A stretch of DNA of 64,000 nucleotides from Macrostomum lignano (Eukaryota). Position numbers and translations under genes: made by a program. Numbering within the stretch: position 1 is the stretch's first letter; each line of letters opens with the position of its first letter. A model generated the notes under the pieces. That model searched no databases and had not been told where the DNA came from. It saw only the letters and a list, made by a program, of their open reading frames with translations. The stretch is from the NCBI GenBank assembly GCA_002269645.1, contig NIVC01000939.1, forward strand, positions 186,001 to 250,000, in the 5' to 3' direction. This document shows positions 61,466-64,000 of this stretch, piece after piece.

Positions 61466-62464
61466 GCTTTAGAATATAATTCTTAAGATAGAATCAACTC
61501 ATTTTAGTATAGTGAATGAATGAATCGGCAGGTTTGAAATTTTTTTGATTGGTTTATTGCTGAGTCTCAATTTTGATTGGCTGACGCGGTGTTTAGATAT
61601 TTAATATAGTCTTTTCTATTTTTAACCGCTAATTACCTAGTGCTGTGCCAGCTCCCGTGACCCTGAGCCCGCTTTCTAACAATCTGTTTTATTCCTTAAT
61701 GCCGTGACTCACTTTGTCCACCCGTACTAATTTGGCAAACTGTTTCGCTCTTCAGTTCATTTAGTTAATGATTGCTTAGTTTGCTTCTACAGCCTTTTGC
61801 TGTCTTTTTCTGTTTTTTTGCTATCCGTTTTTCTCACTACTGGCTCGCACTGGTCTTTTTCTACTAGTAGCAGTGTGTTGCGACTGCCGCTGCATATCAA
61901 CGTAGCACCTAGATGCGCAGGCCGTTGAACTAATATATTTAATCGCCTCGTATCCATATTTACTAATCATCACTGCTCCCTATTTTGATGGAGCAAATTT
62001 ATCCAGTGCACATTGTTGCACCTCGTTTTTTGTAATTAAAAAATTGTTAATTTTACTCCGTCCGATGGCCCTGGATTGTCTGTCACCTGCTTGACCACCT
62101 GTGACAGGGCCAGTCAGTTTTTTTCAATGTCTTTTTTTATGTATTCGAGCATTCCTTTGCGGTTCTCGAGTTTGTGACTACATAATCAATCACATGCCCT
62201 GCTAGTTAAACCCTGATCCGTGCCTTTTGTTCTCTAAACAGTTTGTTAATTTTTTATTGCTCTCATTTTTCAGTTTGCAGTCGGCGTAACCCCCGTTTAG
62301 CTGTGCTGCACCTCTCCTTTTTTGTACTGTCTGCAATTCAACTTGTATACACTATTATAAATGCATGACGTACTTTCCTTCACTAAATGTAGCTGTGATG
62401 CCTTTCCGTAATGAAACTTAAATTAAAAATTCCACACCAGCCTTAGTGGCAGAGAGAAATCATG

Positions 62465-62955
62465 AACCCTACCCCTATTACATACGGCCCAACAAAACCC
62501 CTACACCCTAGTGTACACACGGCCCAACAAAACCCCTACACCCTAGTGTACACACGGCCCAACAAAACCCCTACCCCCTAGTGTACACACGGCCCAACAA
62601 AACCCCTACCCCCCTAGTGTACACACGGCCCAACAAAACCCCTACACCCTAGTGTACACACGGCCCAACAAAACCCCTACCCCCCTAGTGTACACACGGC
62701 CCAACAAAGCCCCTACCCCCTAGTGTACACACGGCCCAACAAAACCCCTACCCCCTAGTGTACACACGGCCCAACAAAACCCCTACCCCCTATTACATAC
62801 GGCCCAACAAAACTCCTAAACCCCTACCCCCTAGTGTACACACGGCCCAACAAAACCCCTACCCCCTAGTGTACACACGGCCCAACAAAACCCCTACCCC
62901 CTAGTGTACACACGGCCCAACAAAACCCCTACCCCCTAGTGTACACACGGCCCCA
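62465..62955. repeat. ~35-bp minisatellite (CACACGGCCCAACAAAACCCCTACCCCCTAGTGTA)
   Basis: About 14 copies. Confidence 0.93.
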
Positions 62956-63359
62956 CAAAAACCTCATTGCAATGTACATGTAAAAAAGTTTCTAAGCGCA
63001 GTCACATCAAATGAGTTTCTTCGAAAGCAGCGTGCTTATATCTGAAAGATTATTCAATGCTGAAATGCTAACTGGTCCTTCTGCTTCACTATACTCACCC
63101 TTATTCAATAGCACTGTCCGCCACTCTGCCCTACAATTAAAATTCCAAGTGCACTTGCACTGCTGAACCGCTGACATTTCTGTAAGTTTTTAATTAGCTT
63201 AGCATTCTGTTAAATGCACCGTCTTAATTGTCTCCCCTCAATGCGTCAAGCTGGCTAAAACAAAAATAAATACGCTTTTCTCGTGTTTGATTTTATCCGA
63301 CTCTGACTTTCTGATTTCTGAACCATTTTGGGGTCCATTTTCTGCTAAGGCCTGTAGAT

Positions 63360-64000
63360 CCTTAGGCTGGGCCACTACTCTCCCTGATCCTCAGTTTCTG
63401 GGCCAGCCTTCCAAATCCTCAGTTGCTGGGCCACCCTTCCAAATCCTCAGTTGCTGGGCCACCCTTCCAAATCCTCAGTTGCTGGGCCACCCTTCCAAAT
63501 CCTCAGTTGCTGGGCCACCCTTCCAAATCCTCAGTTGCTGGGCCACCCTTCCAAATCCTCAGTTGCTGGGCCAGCCTTCCAAATCCTCAGTTGCTGGGCC
63601 ACCCTTCCAAATCCTCAGTTGCTGGGCCACCCTTCCAAATCCTCAGTTGCTATGCCACTACTCTCCCTGATCCTCAGTTGCTGGGCCAGCCTTCCAAATC
63701 CTCAGTTGCTGGGCCACTACTCTCCCAGATCCTCAGCTGCTGGGCCACTACTCTCCCAGATCCTCAGTTGCTGGGCCACTACTCTCCCAGATCCTCAGTT
63801 GCTGGGCCACTACTCTCCCTGATCCTCAGTTGCTGGGCCAGCCTTCCAAATCCTCAGTTGCTGGGCCACTGCCTTCCCAGCTCCTCAGTTGCTGGGCCAC
63901 TACTCTCCCTGATCCTCAGTTGCTGGGCCACTGCTCTCCCAGATCCTCAGTTGCTGGGCCACTGCTCTCCCAGATCCTCAGTTGCTGGGCCACTGCTCTC
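63360..64000. repeat. 28-33-bp minisatellite (GCTGGGCCACCCTTCCAAATCCTCAGTT), same family as 8930-10010; runs off the window
   Basis: Shared core ATCCTCAGTTGCTGGGCCA, same orientation. Confidence 0.93.

Overview
Eukaryotic (metazoan) genomic DNA with GC-rich exons, AT-rich spacers and very many tandem repeats. The style resembles a free-living flatworm such as Macrostomum, but that assignment is inference only. Three spliced genes were reconstructed by hand with consistent GT/GC-AG phases: importin beta-1 (KPNB1, + strand, 1656-11909, first exon outside the window), a DEG/ENaC-family channel (- strand, 20562-24717) and PCM1 (+ strand, ~49922-60720). There is also an orphan spliced gene (- strand, 29888-32682) and a candidate secreted Cys-rich ORF (17594-18130). 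The dominant non-coding structure is a ~12.3 kb, near-perfectly homogeneous 161-bp satellite inside a foldback/MITE-like element whose left arm is an inverted monomer, so the origin of the satellite can be read from the sequence. Most KPNB1 and PCM1 introns carry their own minisatellite, several built from splice-signal or transcription-factor motifs, while the channel gene has essentially none. Also present are tRNA-derived SINE-like elements, two copies of a 28S-rRNA (R2/I-PpoI target region)-derived fragment, a GC-AG intron and a possible internal first/cassette exon in KPNB1. Most long ORFs in the supplied track are artefacts of tandem repeats.
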